A DNA stretch of 64,000 nt from Cenococcum geophilum (Eukaryota): contig CP158635.1 of the NCBI GenBank assembly GCA_050273025.1, forward strand, positions 3,286,001-3,350,000, in the 5' to 3' direction. A program made the translations under genes and the position numbers. Positions 63,389 to 64,000 of this stretch are shown in pieces. The notes beneath the pieces were generated by a model, which was not told the origin of the DNA, made no database searches, and saw only the letters and a program-made list of their open reading frames with translations. Position 1 is the stretch's first letter. Every line of letters starts with the position of its first letter.

Positions 63389-63485
63389 TACGGTGGTGCA
63401 TGCACCACCGTAGATGCGCGTACCGAATTTAAAATTTTGGAGCGCTCGCCAAAGGGGGGGGTGGAAGCTGGTGCACATCACTGTA
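63389..63485. mobile_element. Possible tiny TA-flanked MITE starting with a 24-bp perfect palindrome
   Basis: tacggtggtgcatgcaccaccgta at the left; tggtgcacatcactgta at the right. Confidence 0.45.
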
Positions 63486-64000
63486 TACGCAGCTCGCCCC
63501 CTCACTATCGCCACGCTTTCGCTAAGAACACATGCTGGACACTTGGAGCATGAGCTGAGAAAGACGAGACGCCAAGCTTGCCCAGATTTTGGGGGCCTGT
63601 TCTTGAGAGACAGAATGAGTTCAGTTCGGTTGGTGAATAAACTGCCGCTTGCCCCAGACACTTCTTATACCTGTTGTACCGTTTTACCTTGCGCATACCA
63701 GGAAAACCCGGGTTCTATAAGATCTTAATGTCAACTCTTCCTACATCACATCATGCATAACCTTCTCCGAATTTTTGCGGCCCATCTACTTCCACTTACT
63801 CTTAATTTTAGCTCTGCTTTTGCCATACGTACTAAAGCTGGGATCGTTATAACTCCTCCTCCGATCCCAAAACCAACTGGCTGGGTAAATATCAACCTCT
63901 TCGAACGCCAGGATAGCTGTTCATATGGCCTCTGCGGAACCGAGTGCCTGTCTCAAGGCGCTTTTTGCTGTGGACCAGCTGGGACTTTGGCGACGTCTCC

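Overview
Filamentous-ascomycete (Pezizomycotina-type) genomic DNA in two compartments. Bases ~1-43,360 are mostly AT-rich, TpA-enriched transposon relics with a RIP signature. Target-site duplications (TSDs) resolve a nest: an ankyrin-repeat (probably NLR-like) gene was split by a hAT element (5084-32376, 8-bp TSD). That hAT then received a small CCC..GGG element, a gag-only Copia derivative with inverted LTRs, a Gypsy element (itself holding a second Gypsy and a minisatellite-filled TA-TSD element) and a full-length Copia. A 5S rRNA gene, two solo LTRs, a DnaJ fragment and a hAT MITE holding another Copia follow. Bases ~43,400-60,500 are gene-rich: Old Yellow Enzyme, bHLH factor, BRD8-like bromodomain protein, a small coiled-coil protein, two SDRs and a Zn2Cys6 factor with a nonsense codon. 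The end of the window is a MITE cluster. Most notable: (1) a ~205-nt multi-hairpin module shared in the same position and orientation by a Gypsy and a Copia; (2) the inverted-LTR gag-only element with a single 5-bp TSD; (3) a piggyBac-like family that appears to duplicate AT rather than TTAA. All calls were read by eye, with no searches run.
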